A DNA stretch of 30,023 bases, from positions 1 through 30,023 of the forward strand of contig JBCCXZ010000053.1 in the NCBI GenBank assembly GCA_039190745.1, in the 5' to 3' direction. The DNA comes from Planctomycetota bacterium (GTDB taxonomy: Bacteria > Planctomycetota > Planctomycetia > Pirellulales > Lacipirellulaceae). The notes under the pieces are model-generated. The model saw only the letters and a list, made by a program, of their open reading frames with translations. It made no database searches and had not been told where the DNA came from. Of this stretch, positions 9,301-18,782 are shown in pieces (the first letter of the stretch is position 1; every line of letters starts with the position of its first letter). The translations under genes were made by a program, and so were the position numbers.

Positions 9301-9905
9301 TTGAGCCGGCTTTCGAGCGACCCCACGGTGTCGCGCAGGCGTGCCAGGTCGCGTTTGACGCGCTCCATTCGCCGGTCGGCCTCTTGCCGCTTCGTCTTGA
9401 ATCGGCTGATCCCGGCGGCCTCTTCGAACAGCATCCGCCGTTCGCGCGGCGACGACTGCAGCAGCGCGTCGACCCTTCCCTGCTCAATGATGCTGTAGGC
9501 GCCCGTGGACACGCCGGTGCCCGCGAACAGGTCGCGGATCGTGCGGAGCCGAGACGGCTCGCCGTTGAGGAGGTACTCGCCCTCGCCGCTGCGGTAGACG
9601 CGGCGAGTGACCCGCACCTTGGGGGTCTCGACCGGCAGTGCCCCGCCACGGTTGTCGTACACCATCGTCACTTCGGCGGCGTTGGCGGGGGCGCGGCCCC
9701 CCGAGCCGCCAAAGATGACGTCGGTCATCTCCTTGCCGCGTAGACCCTTGGCGCTCTGCGATCCGAGGACCCACTTGATCGCGTCGACTACATTCGACTT
9801 GCCCGACCCATTCGGGCCGACCACGCCGGTGATGCCGGCGTCAAAGCGGAACACCGTCTTCTCGGCGAAGCTTTTGAAGCCGTTGAGTTCTAACGCTTCG
9901 AGCAT
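6318..9905 (-). CDS. smc: Chromosome segregation protein SMC
   Basis: 1195 aa; GFKSF, Walker [11 protein letters not shown]-loop IIEQG, long coiled coils around a central hinge, signature LSGGE, Walker B/D-loop [10 protein letters not shown]. Confidence 0.97.
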   Translation of the reverse strand: MLEALELNGFKSFAEKTVFRFDAGITGVVGPNGSGKSNVVDAIKWVLGSQSAKGLRGKEMTDVIFGGSGGRAPANAAEVTMVYDNRGGALPVETPKVRVTRRVYRSGEGEYLLNGEPSRLRTIRDLFAGTGVSTGAYSIIEQGRVDALLQSSPRERRMLFEEAAGISRFKTKRQEADRRMERVKRDLARLRDTVGSLESRLKTVRSQAGKAKTYRELTQRLRTARATAGAADRAKLLRAVAALTDQRDDVTAYHDEAKAETLRLRALLSELEKESRRLQSSIDAAKSRDAETGAELAAAGSTRQAWFERLRELETTEQRLRSESASQTAKLAGLERAETAAAAELSSADERYHTLKDREGAHEREAEAAERQAEEYRLELGALHELSARKAAESETLFARFHTLREQVTALAADLVSRRDQSQRAAADLEDAEGTASEADRKRQVLDKRHAELAAQWAQLDEQLRQGRADAAAAQQEAESLKSEAADAEQRLAVLEALELRMDGLNDAAKDLLKAAEGGDNPAGVVGMVADLLRVDADMAPLVELALGDAANHLVVESGRSLPTLNGGAGLKGRVSLLRLDVSQAPSVVDRLDLSAEAGVVGRADAFVQTPQELASLGKRLLGRWWIVDSLETALRLADGVGRGLNYATVAGEIVREDGGVVLGPRGQQGGVLSRRGELRELRELCRSMGEERSRLAALSKSLGQSIRQWEHEQQTAQTGSSALDSQRADAGVRFATAEARLRQAKADAAEAERALQDLQEQRLSAEAEEAALAALLEEAKREASEANARIEQVESELPELTARAEELRAGLTASRVELARLDQLRTGVRARVEHLSAERGERTGSVSECQARVDEASRLRSQLLTDLLSQGQRIAGLFSAQEAGQRELKSLAEEAASANQAHSAAVEIVEEQRQRYEECRRRLQAIEMNLQQQNNSLAALVKGLRDEHQIAPEELDNHPEPVSESGRAALEEEINTLRERLQSIGPVNVEALSELDELEDRHNELASKLQDLAEAETKLRRLIQRINVDSRKVFSETIETARGHFRELFSTLFGGGEADILVETDEEQDVLECGIEIVAKPPGKRPRSISLLSGGERTMTCVALLLAIFRSRPSPFCILDEVDAALDEANIDRFVGVLREFMASTQFIVVTHSKRTMSCADTLYGVTMAESGISKRVSVRFAEETGGAADRHAA

Positions 9906-9949
9906 AGCCGACCGCGCCGCCTGGGAGATGGGCCCGAGTGCCGCTCCGT

Positions 9950-11707
9950 TTATTCCCCGGGGCCGAACAACTCGGGCATCGGGGTCTCGATCGAAGCGTC
10001 TACCGCGGGCGCCGGCTTCGAGGGTTTCGACGAGGAGGACTTGGTCGGCCGGCGATCGATCGTCCGGCCGTACTCGGGCAGCGCGTTCACGCGGAACCGC
10101 CCGACGAGCGCCCCGGAGTCTTGTGCCTGCTGCAGCATCTGCACCACGTCGGGGTACCGCGCGCCGAATTCGACCACCGTGCGGACCAGTTCGTCGACGT
10201 CGCCGGTGACCGAGCGCTGCTCATTCGCCGAACCCGCCTGGAACCGGGTGACGGTGATCTCGCCCTCGCCGAGGCCGTTGACCAGGATGTTCTTGCCCGC
10301 GTCGAGCACAAACGGCGTGTTGAGCCGGTGCTCTGTGCCGAACAGCACGATCTCTGCCCGGTGGCTGCTGGTGGCGTGGATCAGCGGCGGGCCTTCGATG
10401 TTCAGTACGTGGTAGGAAAACCGCCCTTTGAGGCTCTCGCCTTTCACTAACGGGTCGTTGGGCGACATCGCCCACAGCGCCCGGAACGCGCCGTACCGGG
10501 TCTCGGCGCTGCGGAGGCTGAGCAGTTCCCGCAGCTCCTCGTAGGCGGCGGCGTCGTCCATCGCGCTCATCGCGGCAAGGGCGTTTACGCGTAGGGCCGG
10601 CTCGTCGCGGGCCGCTTCGGCGAGCACTTGCACCGCGTCGGTCTGGTCGAGGTAGGCCATCGCCTCTGCCGCGTAGAAACGCACGTCGGGGTCCGAAGAG
10701 ACGAGCCCCTGCTCCAGCACCTCGATCGCCGCGTCGCCGCCGATCGCTTCGAGCCGGATCGCGGCTGTGGCGGCGGTCACCGGGTCGAGGAGTTGTTCGC
10801 CCAACAGCAGCAGCCGCTGCTGACGAGCGGTGCGCGACTCGCTGATGGCGATGCTGCGGATCACACGCATGTAGCGGCCGACGTTGTCTTTGTAGCGCGG
10901 GTGGACCTCCACCTCGAGATACTCGTCGGTCTTCGGCGTGGAGACGCCCCGCTTGACGCCGTCGATGTAGGAGTGGAACCGGTCGTTGACCGCCTTGCCG
11001 ATCTGCTGACTCAGCCGGACCGACTGGTGGTCGTGGTCGATCCACAGGCCGAGCTTGCGGCTTTTGTTCGCGACGCCGCCGCCGAGGATCACTCCGCGGG
11101 TGGAGTGGGCGATGGCGTCTTCACCGGTCGCGGAAGGGTCAACCAAGAGCGAGCCCTTCGCCTTACCCATGAGGTGGCCCTTGCGGATCTGGTCGCCGAG
11201 CACGGCCAACTCGGTAAGCCTTGTTTCGAGCAGCTTTCCGCCGCGGAGGCTCGTGGCCTCGCTCCGGCTGGTTGTCTTGACTTCGATGTCGAACCGGTCG
11301 CCCGCCTGGATGCCCGGCCTGAGAACGCCGCGCACCACCACCAAGGCGGTGTTGGGCGAGGAGAGGATCTGATTCGGGTCGGCCACTTCGCGGCGGTTCA
11401 TCTCGCCTAGCAACGCCGCCCGCTGCGGCGAGGGGGGCGGGTCGAAACCGGTGCCGTCGAGCCCGACGACCAGGCCGACGCCCTCGACCTTGATACGATT
11501 CAGACCATGAGGGTGGGCCACCTCGGAAATCAGCCGCGAATTGCTCGGCACTTCCTCGACGTACGGGTCCTTGGGCTCGGCCCGCATGAACATCGACGAC
11601 GAGCAGCCCGCCGCAGCAGCGACGAGCAGCACGCAGCCAGCAAGGCGGCGGCGTGCGGCGGTTGTACGTTTCGTCTGCTCGTGTTGTGTGAGTTGCGTTC
11701 GCAGCAT
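9950..11707 (-). CDS. FlgI (P-ring)-like lipoprotein with HEAT-like repeats
   Basis: [14 protein letters not shown] and [12 protein letters not shown] resemble FlgI; HEAT-like repeats ([27 protein letters not shown]); basic region, hydrophobic stretch and AAGC lipobox. Start uncertain (ATG 11707 chosen). Confidence 0.8.
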   Translation of the reverse strand: MLRTQLTQHEQTKRTTAARRRLAGCVLLVAAAAGCSSSMFMRAEPKDPYVEEVPSNSRLISEVAHPHGLNRIKVEGVGLVVGLDGTGFDPPPSPQRAALLGEMNRREVADPNQILSSPNTALVVVRGVLRPGIQAGDRFDIEVKTTSRSEATSLRGGKLLETRLTELAVLGDQIRKGHLMGKAKGSLLVDPSATGEDAIAHSTRGVILGGGVANKSRKLGLWIDHDHQSVRLSQQIGKAVNDRFHSYIDGVKRGVSTPKTDEYLEVEVHPRYKDNVGRYMRVIRSIAISESRTARQQRLLLLGEQLLDPVTAATAAIRLEAIGGDAAIEVLEQGLVSSDPDVRFYAAEAMAYLDQTDAVQVLAEAARDEPALRVNALAAMSAMDDAAAYEELRELLSLRSAETRYGAFRALWAMSPNDPLVKGESLKGRFSYHVLNIEGPPLIHATSSHRAEIVLFGTEHRLNTPFVLDAGKNILVNGLGEGEITVTRFQAGSANEQRSVTGDVDELVRTVVEFGARYPDVVQMLQQAQDSGALVGRFRVNALPEYGRTIDRRPTKSSSSKPSKPAPAVDASIETPMPELFGPGE

Positions 11708-11859
11708 CCGGCTCGGTTGCCCCGCTTTGGCAGGCCCCTCTAGGCAGTCAGTGGCGCCCCGCACCCGCGTCGAGCACGCAGGGAGGGCAGATTCGCCGCG
11801 GGAGGTTAGGGGCGTGCGGAGGACCGGTCAAGAGTGGGATCGCAGGGGAAATGCCCCTC

Positions 11860-12099
11860 TCACGGCGGGTCGTAGCCGCTGCCGCCCCAGGGGTGGCAAC
11901 GGCCGATCCGCTTCAGCCCACGCCAAGAGCCGCGCAGCGGCCCGTACCGCCGCACCGCCCCGATGAAGTACTCGCTGCAGGTGGGCTCAAAACGGCACTG
12001 CCGCCCGACAATCGGGCTGAGCGTCCACTGATAGCAGCGCACCGCGGCCACCAAGACCCCAGTCAGCGGCAGGGAGACAAATGCCCACAAGAATCTCAT
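11860..12099 (-). CDS. yidD: Membrane protein insertion efficiency factor
   Basis: YQWTLSP..CRFEPTCSEY..RIGRCHPWGGSGYDP; ATGA overlap with rnpA. Confidence 0.95.
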   Translation of the reverse strand: MRFLWAFVSLPLTGVLVAAVRCYQWTLSPIVGRQCRFEPTCSEYFIGAVRRYGPLRGSWRGLKRIGRCHPWGGSGYDPP

Positions 12100-12491
12100 C
12101 GCCCGCCCTTACCGAGCCGCTTTGCCGCTTCGCTAGACAGCCGCCGCAGCGATTTGCGGAGCCGCTCGACGTCGGGCTCCGCCTTGCGCTGCGGGATGAC
12201 AATCAGGTCCAACCGCGGCGGCAGCTCGTGCAGCGAGAGCCGGAACGCTTCCCGGAGGCAACGCTTCCAGCGGTTGCGACGCACGGCGTTGCCTACCTTG
12301 CGGCTGACAGCCATCCCGAGCCGGGGCTCTTCCTGCTCGCCCTCACAAGCGTACAGGATGATCATCCCGTCCGCCCGCGAGCGTTTGCGCGAGAACACCC
12401 GCTCGAACTCTGCGGGTTTCAACAGACGCAACCGCTTCGGGAAAGTGCTCCCGCCGTGTGCTCCGCCCGCTGTGTCTTGCACGCCGCTCAC
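12096..12491 (-). CDS. rnpA: Ribonuclease P protein component
   Basis: RLLKPAEFERVF, PRLGMAVSRKVGNAVRRNRWKRCLREAFR (RNR motif); GTGA overlap with the DnaJ-type gene. Confidence 0.96.
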   Translation of the reverse strand: MSGVQDTAGGAHGGSTFPKRLRLLKPAEFERVFSRKRSRADGMIILYACEGEQEEPRLGMAVSRKVGNAVRRNRWKRCLREAFRLSLHELPPRLDLIVIPQRKAEPDVERLRKSLRRLSSEAAKRLGKGGR

Positions 12492-13450
12492 CAGCGCAGC
12501 CCCGACCGCGGGTTGTCGTGGTACTTGTCGGCGATCGCGCCGATCGCTTCGCGGTCTTCGTCGGAAAGCTCTTTGGGCATCACGACCTGCAGCTCGGCGA
12601 ACAGGTCGCCCGGGTCGCCCTTGGCGGGTTGCACGCCCTGCCCTTTCAGCCGCAGTTTGCTGCCGCTGGAGGTGCCCGGCGGCACGGTGATCGACAGCGT
12701 CCCGTGCGGAGTCGGCACGTCGACCTTGGCCCCGCGCACCGCCTCGGCGAGCGTCACAGGCATGGTCACGTCGAGCCGCTTTCCGCTGCGGCGGAAATGC
12801 GGGTGCGGTGCCACGTTGACTTTAATCAGCAAGTCCCCCGCCGGGCCGCCTGCGGGCGCGTCTTCCCCCTGCCCGCGGAGCCGGATCTTCTTGCCGTCTT
12901 CGATGCCCTGGGGGATCTTCACCTGCAGGGTCTCGGTGCTGCCGTCGGGCCGCATGATCGAGATCTGCGCCTCGCCGCCGAGCACGGCGCTGGTGAACGG
13001 CACCGTCAGCTCGTGCTCGATGTCGTTGCCGCGGGTCGGGCCAGAGGGCCGAGCGCCGCCGCCGCGCTGGCCGAACTGTTTGAACAAGTCGGCGAATCCC
13101 CCGCCTCCGCCGCCGCCCGCGCCACCCATACCGGCGGCGCCCCCGAACAAGTCTTCGAAGCTGAATCCTCCCGCGGGTCCTCCGGAGGGCCCGCCGCCGC
13201 CCCAGCCCTGCGGCCCGCTGGCCGATGCGTTTTCGTAAGCGTGGCCGAAGCGGTCGTACATCTGCCGCTTTTCTGAGTCGTTCAACGTGTCGAACGCCTG
13301 TTGGACCTCCTGGAACTTCCGCTTGGCCTTCTCGTCGTCAGGGTTGAGGTCGGGGTGGTACTTGCGCGCTAGCTCCCGGTAGGCCTTCTGGATTTCTTCA
13401 TCCGAGGCCGATTGGCTCACGCCGAGGGTGCTGTAGTAGTCTTCGGGCAT
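12488..13450 (-). CDS. Class B J-domain co-chaperone (DnaJ/CbpA-like, no zinc finger)
   Basis: DYYSTLGV...KYHPDLN J-domain, G/F-rich linker, C-terminal domain (RLRGQG, GDLL); no CxxCxGxG repeats; start ATG 13450; TAAAAT at 13491-13496 on the minus strand. Confidence 0.93.
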   Translation of the reverse strand: MPEDYYSTLGVSQSASDEEIQKAYRELARKYHPDLNPDDEKAKRKFQEVQQAFDTLNDSEKRQMYDRFGHAYENASASGPQGWGGGGPSGGPAGGFSFEDLFGGAAGMGGAGGGGGGGFADLFKQFGQRGGGARPSGPTRGNDIEHELTVPFTSAVLGGEAQISIMRPDGSTETLQVKIPQGIEDGKKIRLRGQGEDAPAGGPAGDLLIKVNVAPHPHFRRSGKRLDVTMPVTLAEAVRGAKVDVPTPHGTLSITVPPGTSSGSKLRLKGQGVQPAKGDPGDLFAELQVVMPKELSDEDREAIGAIADKYHDNPRSGLRW

Positions 13451-13605
13451 GGCGGGCGGGGCTGGCGATGCGGGGCTAATCCGACCCGTTATTTTACCGC
13501 TCCGATGGCCCAGCGGTAGCGGGCCGACGGGCCGCAACCTCGGGCTTGTGGGCCGCGTGCTAGACTTTTTCTGTACGCCCGCCCCGAGCCCTAGAGACAC
13601 ACCCT

Positions 13606-15123
13606 TTGTACCCGCGAACCCTCAAGTCCACTGCGATCCTAGCGGCATTCGTCGTCTCGGGCTTACCCACACCGCATGCGTCGGCGTCGCGGCCAGACGG
13701 CGTACTGACCGTCGAAACGGTCGACCAGAGCACCTCCGAACCGATCGCCGCCCGCATGACCCTGCGGAACGCCCGCGGTCGGATCGTGCGGATGGCCCAC
13801 CCCGCCGCCCTGCCCAGCGGCGTGGTCGCCTTCGACGGCACGATCGACCTGCCACTTAAGAAAGGCAACTACACCTTCCTGATCGACGCGGGGCCCGAGT
13901 TCGCCACCCAGACGGGCCGGTTCACGATCGAACGCCGCTCGGAGGACACGAAGCAGGTGCAGCTCGAGCGCAAGGCAGACATGAACGCAGCCGGCTGGTG
14001 GGCGGCCGACCTCGACGCGCAGCTCCGTGGCGCAGAAGCGCCCGTTTGGCTGCGTGCTTCTGGCCTGAGCCTGATGCCTCTGCTCGCCGCCCAGTCTATC
14101 GGCAACGACTGCGAGCAGCTCAAGGCGCCGCCGGCGGCGATCGACGGCCTCCAGCTTTACGGCCCTTGGGCCAGCCTCCGTCTCGAAAAAGGCAGCGGCC
14201 TGTTGGTCGCAGGCGGGGAGTCGCACGTCGATCCGTGCCAGCCGACTGCCGCACTCTTTACCGCCGCGGCCGAGCAAGACGCCCGCGTGCTGACGTTGTC
14301 TGCCGACGCTTGGGAACTTCCGCTCTGGCTTGCCGCGGGGCGCGTGCAAGCGATCGGCGTCTTCCACCGCGGCCTGAACACCCCGCTGCCGAAGGACCAA
14401 CGCGGCCGGCCGCCCACGCCGAGGAAGTTCCCCGGCAAGCAGGGCCCCGGGAGGTGGAACGAAGCGATCTACCACCACGCGCTCAACTGCGGGCTGCGGC
14501 TGCCGCCGTTCGCGGCCAGCGGGGCCGGCTGCGAGACGAAGAAGCTCTCCGGCCTCCGCCCCGGCGACGCACGCACGTACACCTATTGCGACGATGACTT
14601 CTCTCGCGCCGCCTGGTGGGACGCTTTCTCTGCCGGCCGGGTCGTCGCCACCAACGGGCCGTTGCTCCGCACGTCGGTCGAGGGTGAGCCGCCCGGCCAC
14701 GTGTTCCGGCTCGAAGCGGGCGAGCGCCGCAGCTTCCAGATCGGGCTGAGCCTCTCGTTCTACCGCGAGTGGCCGGTTGAGTACCTGGAGATCGTCCGCG
14801 ACGGCCGGGTCGAGCACGAGGTCCGCCTCGCCGACTTGGCCGCGAACCGGGGCCGGCTGCCGCCGCTGGAGTTCGACCGCAGCGGGTGGTTCCTCGTCCG
14901 GGCGGTCACCAACGACACGAGCCGCTACCGCTACGCTACCACCGGCCCGTACTACGTCGAGGCTGGGTACCAGCAGCGCATCAGCCGCCGCAGTGTCGAG
15001 TTCTTCCGCCAGTGGGTGGACGAGCTCGCCGACCGCTATCAAGACGAGCCGGCAGCCGCCGCCCGAGTGGCCGAGGCCCGCGGGTTCTGGGACAGGATGC
15101 TCGAACGAGCGAACGCCGAGTAA
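13606..15123 (+). CDS. Exported CehA/McbA-like (PHP-fold) protein, probably with a degenerate metal site
   Basis: Signal-peptide-like N-terminus (ASA cleavage), AGPEF Ig-like domain, GWWAADL, LNCGLRLPP, GRVVATNGPLL, SGWFLVR, ATTGPYYV; family assigned from remembered motifs; TTG start uncertain. Confidence 0.65.
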   Translation: MYPRTLKSTAILAAFVVSGLPTPHASASRPDGVLTVETVDQSTSEPIAARMTLRNARGRIVRMAHPAALPSGVVAFDGTIDLPLKKGNYTFLIDAGPEFATQTGRFTIERRSEDTKQVQLERKADMNAAGWWAADLDAQLRGAEAPVWLRASGLSLMPLLAAQSIGNDCEQLKAPPAAIDGLQLYGPWASLRLEKGSGLLVAGGESHVDPCQPTAALFTAAAEQDARVLTLSADAWELPLWLAAGRVQAIGVFHRGLNTPLPKDQRGRPPTPRKFPGKQGPGRWNEAIYHHALNCGLRLPPFAASGAGCETKKLSGLRPGDARTYTYCDDDFSRAAWWDAFSAGRVVATNGPLLRTSVEGEPPGHVFRLEAGERRSFQIGLSLSFYREWPVEYLEIVRDGRVEHEVRLADLAANRGRLPPLEFDRSGWFLVRAVTNDTSRYRYATTGPYYVEAGYQQRISRRSVEFFRQWVDELADRYQDEPAAAARVAEARGFWDRMLERANAE

Positions 15124-15216
15124 TCCGCGCGTTCCGCGACCGTCTCTTGCCGCGCTGGAGTTTCCAAGGCTAGACTCCGTTCGCTGCCGACCGATTCCGA
15201 CCGCGGAGCGACCGAC

Positions 15217-16128
15217 ATGACGTCCCCAGACAACAGTTGCCTACCCCCTTCTGTTCGCCCAATCAGATCGCTGGAGTTCTTCGAGCAGACCCTACTCTTT
15301 GCTGAGTTGTCCCGCATCGCCTACCTCCCCGAAGAGCAGGCGCGGGAGCAGGTCTCCTGCTTCGGGCTCACCGGGTGCCGCTACCTGGAAGCCGACGGCG
15401 CCCAGGCCTACCTTTTCTGGAGCGACGAAGACGCCGTCGTCGTCTGCCGGGGCACCGAGATCGACGACTGGAACGACGTGCAGGCCGACATCAACGCCTG
15501 GAGCGCGTTGGCCGAGACGGTAGGCCGCGTCCACCGCGGTTTCAAACGCGAGGTCGACGACCTCTGGCCCATGCTCGAAGACGCCCTCGTGGCAAACCAA
15601 AAGACGCTCTGGTTCTCCGGCCACTCGCTCGGCGGGGCGATGGCCACCATCTGCGCCGGGCGTTGCAAGCTCTCGCACATCGCGTCCACGCCCGAGGCGT
15701 TGTTCACCTTCGGCAGCCCCCGTGTCGGCAACCGGCGGTACGTCCACCACGCACGCCTGCGGCATTACCGGTGGGTGAACAACAACGACATCGTCTGTCG
15801 CGTGCCCCCGAAATGGATGGGCTACAGCCACGCCGGACAGGAGTGGTACCTCAGCTCCCGGGGACGGCTGCGGCGGATGCAGGGCTGGCAGAAAGTCCTC
15901 GACCGCGCCCGCGGCTTCGTCCGCGGCCTCTTCGCCGGCACAATCGACCAGCTCAACGACCATCTGATGCACAACTACATCGACGCGATCCAGACCGCGT
16001 CGAAGTCGGGCATCCCCGAAATGCTCCAGGCGCAAGTCTCGGCGGCCGCGCACGTTTCGAGTCCGCCTCGTCCACAGCTGGTCAAGCCGCGTCGAGTGGA
16101 TGACCGCCCCGCCGAAGGCGTCGCCTAG
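15217..16128 (+). CDS. Class 3 lipase family protein
   Basis: VVCRGTE, VHRGF, nucleophile elbow GHSLGGA, TFGSPRVGN, NNNDIVCRVP, DHLMHNY. Confidence 0.93.
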   Translation: MTSPDNSCLPPSVRPIRSLEFFEQTLLFAELSRIAYLPEEQAREQVSCFGLTGCRYLEADGAQAYLFWSDEDAVVVCRGTEIDDWNDVQADINAWSALAETVGRVHRGFKREVDDLWPMLEDALVANQKTLWFSGHSLGGAMATICAGRCKLSHIASTPEALFTFGSPRVGNRRYVHHARLRHYRWVNNNDIVCRVPPKWMGYSHAGQEWYLSSRGRLRRMQGWQKVLDRARGFVRGLFAGTIDQLNDHLMHNYIDAIQTASKSGIPEMLQAQVSAAAHVSSPPRPQLVKPRRVDDRPAEGVA

Positions 16129-16154
16129 TCCCGAAGCACTACGGCGCCTAGGCG

Positions 16155-18323
16155 CTACGATGCCTGGTCGCCCGCAACACGCGGGAACGGGCCTTTGCCC
16201 CCTGGGGCGCTCCTAGAAGACTTGCTCCCGCGAGGCGACGGGTCCATCAATTCAACCTGTGCCCTGTGCTGCGGGTCGCCCTTCCAAGAGACGGCGTGCT
16301 GGTAATCGCCCTCGGGCGTGAGCACCCGGGCGCGAGAGCTGTCACGCAAGTACGCCGCGGCGATTTCCTCGACGATCCGCTTCTTCAGCCGAGGGTCTTC
16401 TACCGGGAACATCACCTCGACGCGGCGCCAGAAGTTGCGGGGCATCCAGTCGGCGCTAGAAACAAACACCTGCGCACGCTGGCCTGTACCGAACACAAAC
16501 ACCCGGCTGTGCTCGAGGAACCGGTCGACGATGCTCCGCACGCGGATATTCTCCGAGATGCCCGGCAGCCCGGGCCGCAGGCAGCAGATGCCGCGCACGA
16601 CCAGGTCGATCGAAACCCCGGCCGTGCTCGCCCGGTAGAGCGCCTCGATCGTGCCGCGGTCCACGAGCGAGTTGAGCTTCGCAAAAATCTGGGCCCGCTT
16701 GCCCTGTTCGGCCCGCTTGGTCTGCTCGTCGATGAGCTCAAGGGTCCGGCTGTGGAGATCCTGCGGCGCGACAATGAGTTTCTTCCACTCGTGGCCTTGG
16801 CTATAGCCTGTCAGAAAATTGAACAGCGCCGTCGCGTCGTCGGCAAATTGTTTGTCGGCCGTGAACAACCCGATGTCGGTGTAGATCTTGGCGGTCGTGG
16901 GGTTGTAGTTGCCCGTGCCCAGGTGCAGGTACCGGCGGACCTTGCTCCCCTCCTGGCGGACCACCATGGCCAGTTTGCAGTGGGTCTTCAGGTCCATGAA
17001 GCCGTACACCACGTGCACGCCCGCCTGCTCCATCTGCCGTGCCCAGGTGATGTTGTTCGCCTCGTCGAACCGCGCCTTCAGCTCTACCAATGCGGTCACG
17101 TGCTTGCCGTTTTCGGCGGCGTCGATGAGCGCCCGCACGATCGGGCTGTCGCCGCTCGTGCGGTAGAGCGTTTGCTTGATGGCCAGCACGTCGGGGTCTT
17201 CGGCGGCCCGCTCGATGAACGACACCACCGGGTCGAACGACTCGAACGGGTGGTGCAGCAGGATGTCTCGGTCGGCGATCTCCGCGAACAGGTCGTCGGT
17301 CCTGCGCACGCCCAGCGGCACACGCGGCGTGACCGGAGGCGGCAGGAGCGACGACATGCTCGGCTGCTTGACCAACTCCCACAGGCACGTCAGGTCGAGC
17401 ATGCCCCGGATGGGGTAGACTTCGCTGTAGGGCTCTGAGGCGAGGCTGAGACCGTCGTGCAACTGCTCTTCGCTGACCAGCATGTCGAGCAGGTCGTCGC
17501 CGATGTTGCTCTGCACCTCGAGGCGGACCGCGCTGGAGTGCTGCCGGGCCCGCAAACGGGACTCGATCGACTGGAGCATGTCGTCCGACTCGCGCTCGAG
17601 CAGGTCGAGGTCCATGTCGCGGGTGACGCGGAAGAGCGCGTGGTGGTCGCTCTCGTAGCCGCCGAACAGCTCCGGCAGCTTCCAGGCGAGCACCTCCTCG
17701 AGCGGGATGAACACCGTCTCTCCAGGCCCGCCCAGGCGCACCAGCCGCGGCAGCACCTGCGGGATCTGCACCACGGCAAACAAGTCCGAGGGGCCCAGCC
17801 CGCTCGTCCGACGCAGCACCGACCCGAGGTACAAACCACGGTTGTGGAACTTCGGGCTCGGGTGGCTGGGGTCGATCGCCATGGGCGTCAGGATCGGGAA
17901 CGCCCGCTCGCGGAAGAACTCGGCGATCTGCTTTTTCTGCGCCTTGTCCAACTCCTTCGCTCGCAGCAGGCGGCACCCTTCGTCGGCGAGCGCCGGGCGT
18001 ACCTGTTCGGTCCAGCACCGCGACTGCTCGTCGACCAGTTCCCGCGTCCGCTGCGCGATCCGGACGAGCTGCTCTGCGGGGAACAGGCCGTCGGCCGGCC
18101 CGTCCTGAGGGTTCACGCCCCCGAACGCCTGCTCCCGCAGGCCCGCCACGCGGACCATGAAGAACTCGTCCAGGTTCGAGCTGAAGATCGCCAAGAACTT
18201 CGCCCGCTCCAACAGCGGGTTCGACTCGTCGACGGCTTCTTCCAGCACGCGCGCATTGAACTCCAGCCAGCTCAATTCGCGGTTGATGAAGTGTTCTGGC
18301 TGGTAGGCTTGATTGCCCTTCAT
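16155..18323 (-). CDS. ppk1: Polyphosphate kinase 1
   Basis: FINRELSWLEFNARVL, SSNLDEFFMVRVAGL, LHHPFESF, ELKARFDE, LKTHCK, GTGNYN, RFLEHSR, SADWMPRN; start ATG 18323. Confidence 0.98.
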   Translation of the reverse strand: MKGNQAYQPEHFINRELSWLEFNARVLEEAVDESNPLLERAKFLAIFSSNLDEFFMVRVAGLREQAFGGVNPQDGPADGLFPAEQLVRIAQRTRELVDEQSRCWTEQVRPALADEGCRLLRAKELDKAQKKQIAEFFRERAFPILTPMAIDPSHPSPKFHNRGLYLGSVLRRTSGLGPSDLFAVVQIPQVLPRLVRLGGPGETVFIPLEEVLAWKLPELFGGYESDHHALFRVTRDMDLDLLERESDDMLQSIESRLRARQHSSAVRLEVQSNIGDDLLDMLVSEEQLHDGLSLASEPYSEVYPIRGMLDLTCLWELVKQPSMSSLLPPPVTPRVPLGVRRTDDLFAEIADRDILLHHPFESFDPVVSFIERAAEDPDVLAIKQTLYRTSGDSPIVRALIDAAENGKHVTALVELKARFDEANNITWARQMEQAGVHVVYGFMDLKTHCKLAMVVRQEGSKVRRYLHLGTGNYNPTTAKIYTDIGLFTADKQFADDATALFNFLTGYSQGHEWKKLIVAPQDLHSRTLELIDEQTKRAEQGKRAQIFAKLNSLVDRGTIEALYRASTAGVSIDLVVRGICCLRPGLPGISENIRVRSIVDRFLEHSRVFVFGTGQRAQVFVSSADWMPRNFWRRVEVMFPVEDPRLKKRIVEEIAAAYLRDSSRARVLTPEGDYQHAVSWKGDPQHRAQVELMDPSPRGSKSSRSAPGGKGPFPRVAGDQAS

Positions 18324-18447
18324 GGTCGCGCCGCTTCCTACTGGTGAGTCTATCTCTAGGCTACGCGGCCCGCGGCGGGGCGACAACTTTTTCCGAGCCG
18401 GTCGGTTTCTCCGAATTGGCTAAGGTCGAGGCTCCTCGGGAGCCAGG

Positions 18448-18780
18448 CTAGCCATACGAGTCGAAAACCCGAACCTGCATACAATTAGGCAGCTGCTCCG
18501 CGAGGAACTGCTTGTGACGGTCAGAGGCTTGGTAGGCGTCGTGAGCCCGGTCGCTCTCGAAGACCAAGACCAACGCGACGTCGAACCCCTCGTCGTTCAC
18601 CGCTCGCTGGTACTGCTCTGCCCGCTGCCCGACCGAGAAGTGCAGCGTACCGGGATGCCCGGTGAGGTAGTCTCGGCAGGCCGCGATGAGCTCCTCGGGG
18701 GAGGCGTCTTCGTTGAGACGGAAATAGACCGAATGGGCCAGCGGCCTGTCCTCGGGGCTGGGCTGAGTTGCGTCGGGCAC
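18448..18780 (-). CDS. Dabb (stress-responsive A/B barrel) family protein
   Basis: LAHSVYFRL...FDVALVLVFESDRAHDAYQASDRHKQF...VRVFDS pattern; starts 2 nt after the ftsH stop. Confidence 0.85.
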   Translation of the reverse strand: MPDATQPSPEDRPLAHSVYFRLNEDASPEELIAACRDYLTGHPGTLHFSVGQRAEQYQRAVNDEGFDVALVLVFESDRAHDAYQASDRHKQFLAEQLPNCMQVRVFDSYG

Positions 18781-18782
18781 GG

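Noticed and set aside
6771..9743. Long plus-strand ORFs within smc (and similar ones opposite ppk1, ftsH and leuS)
   Set aside because: Expected antisense open frames in high-GC coding DNA; no protein motifs.
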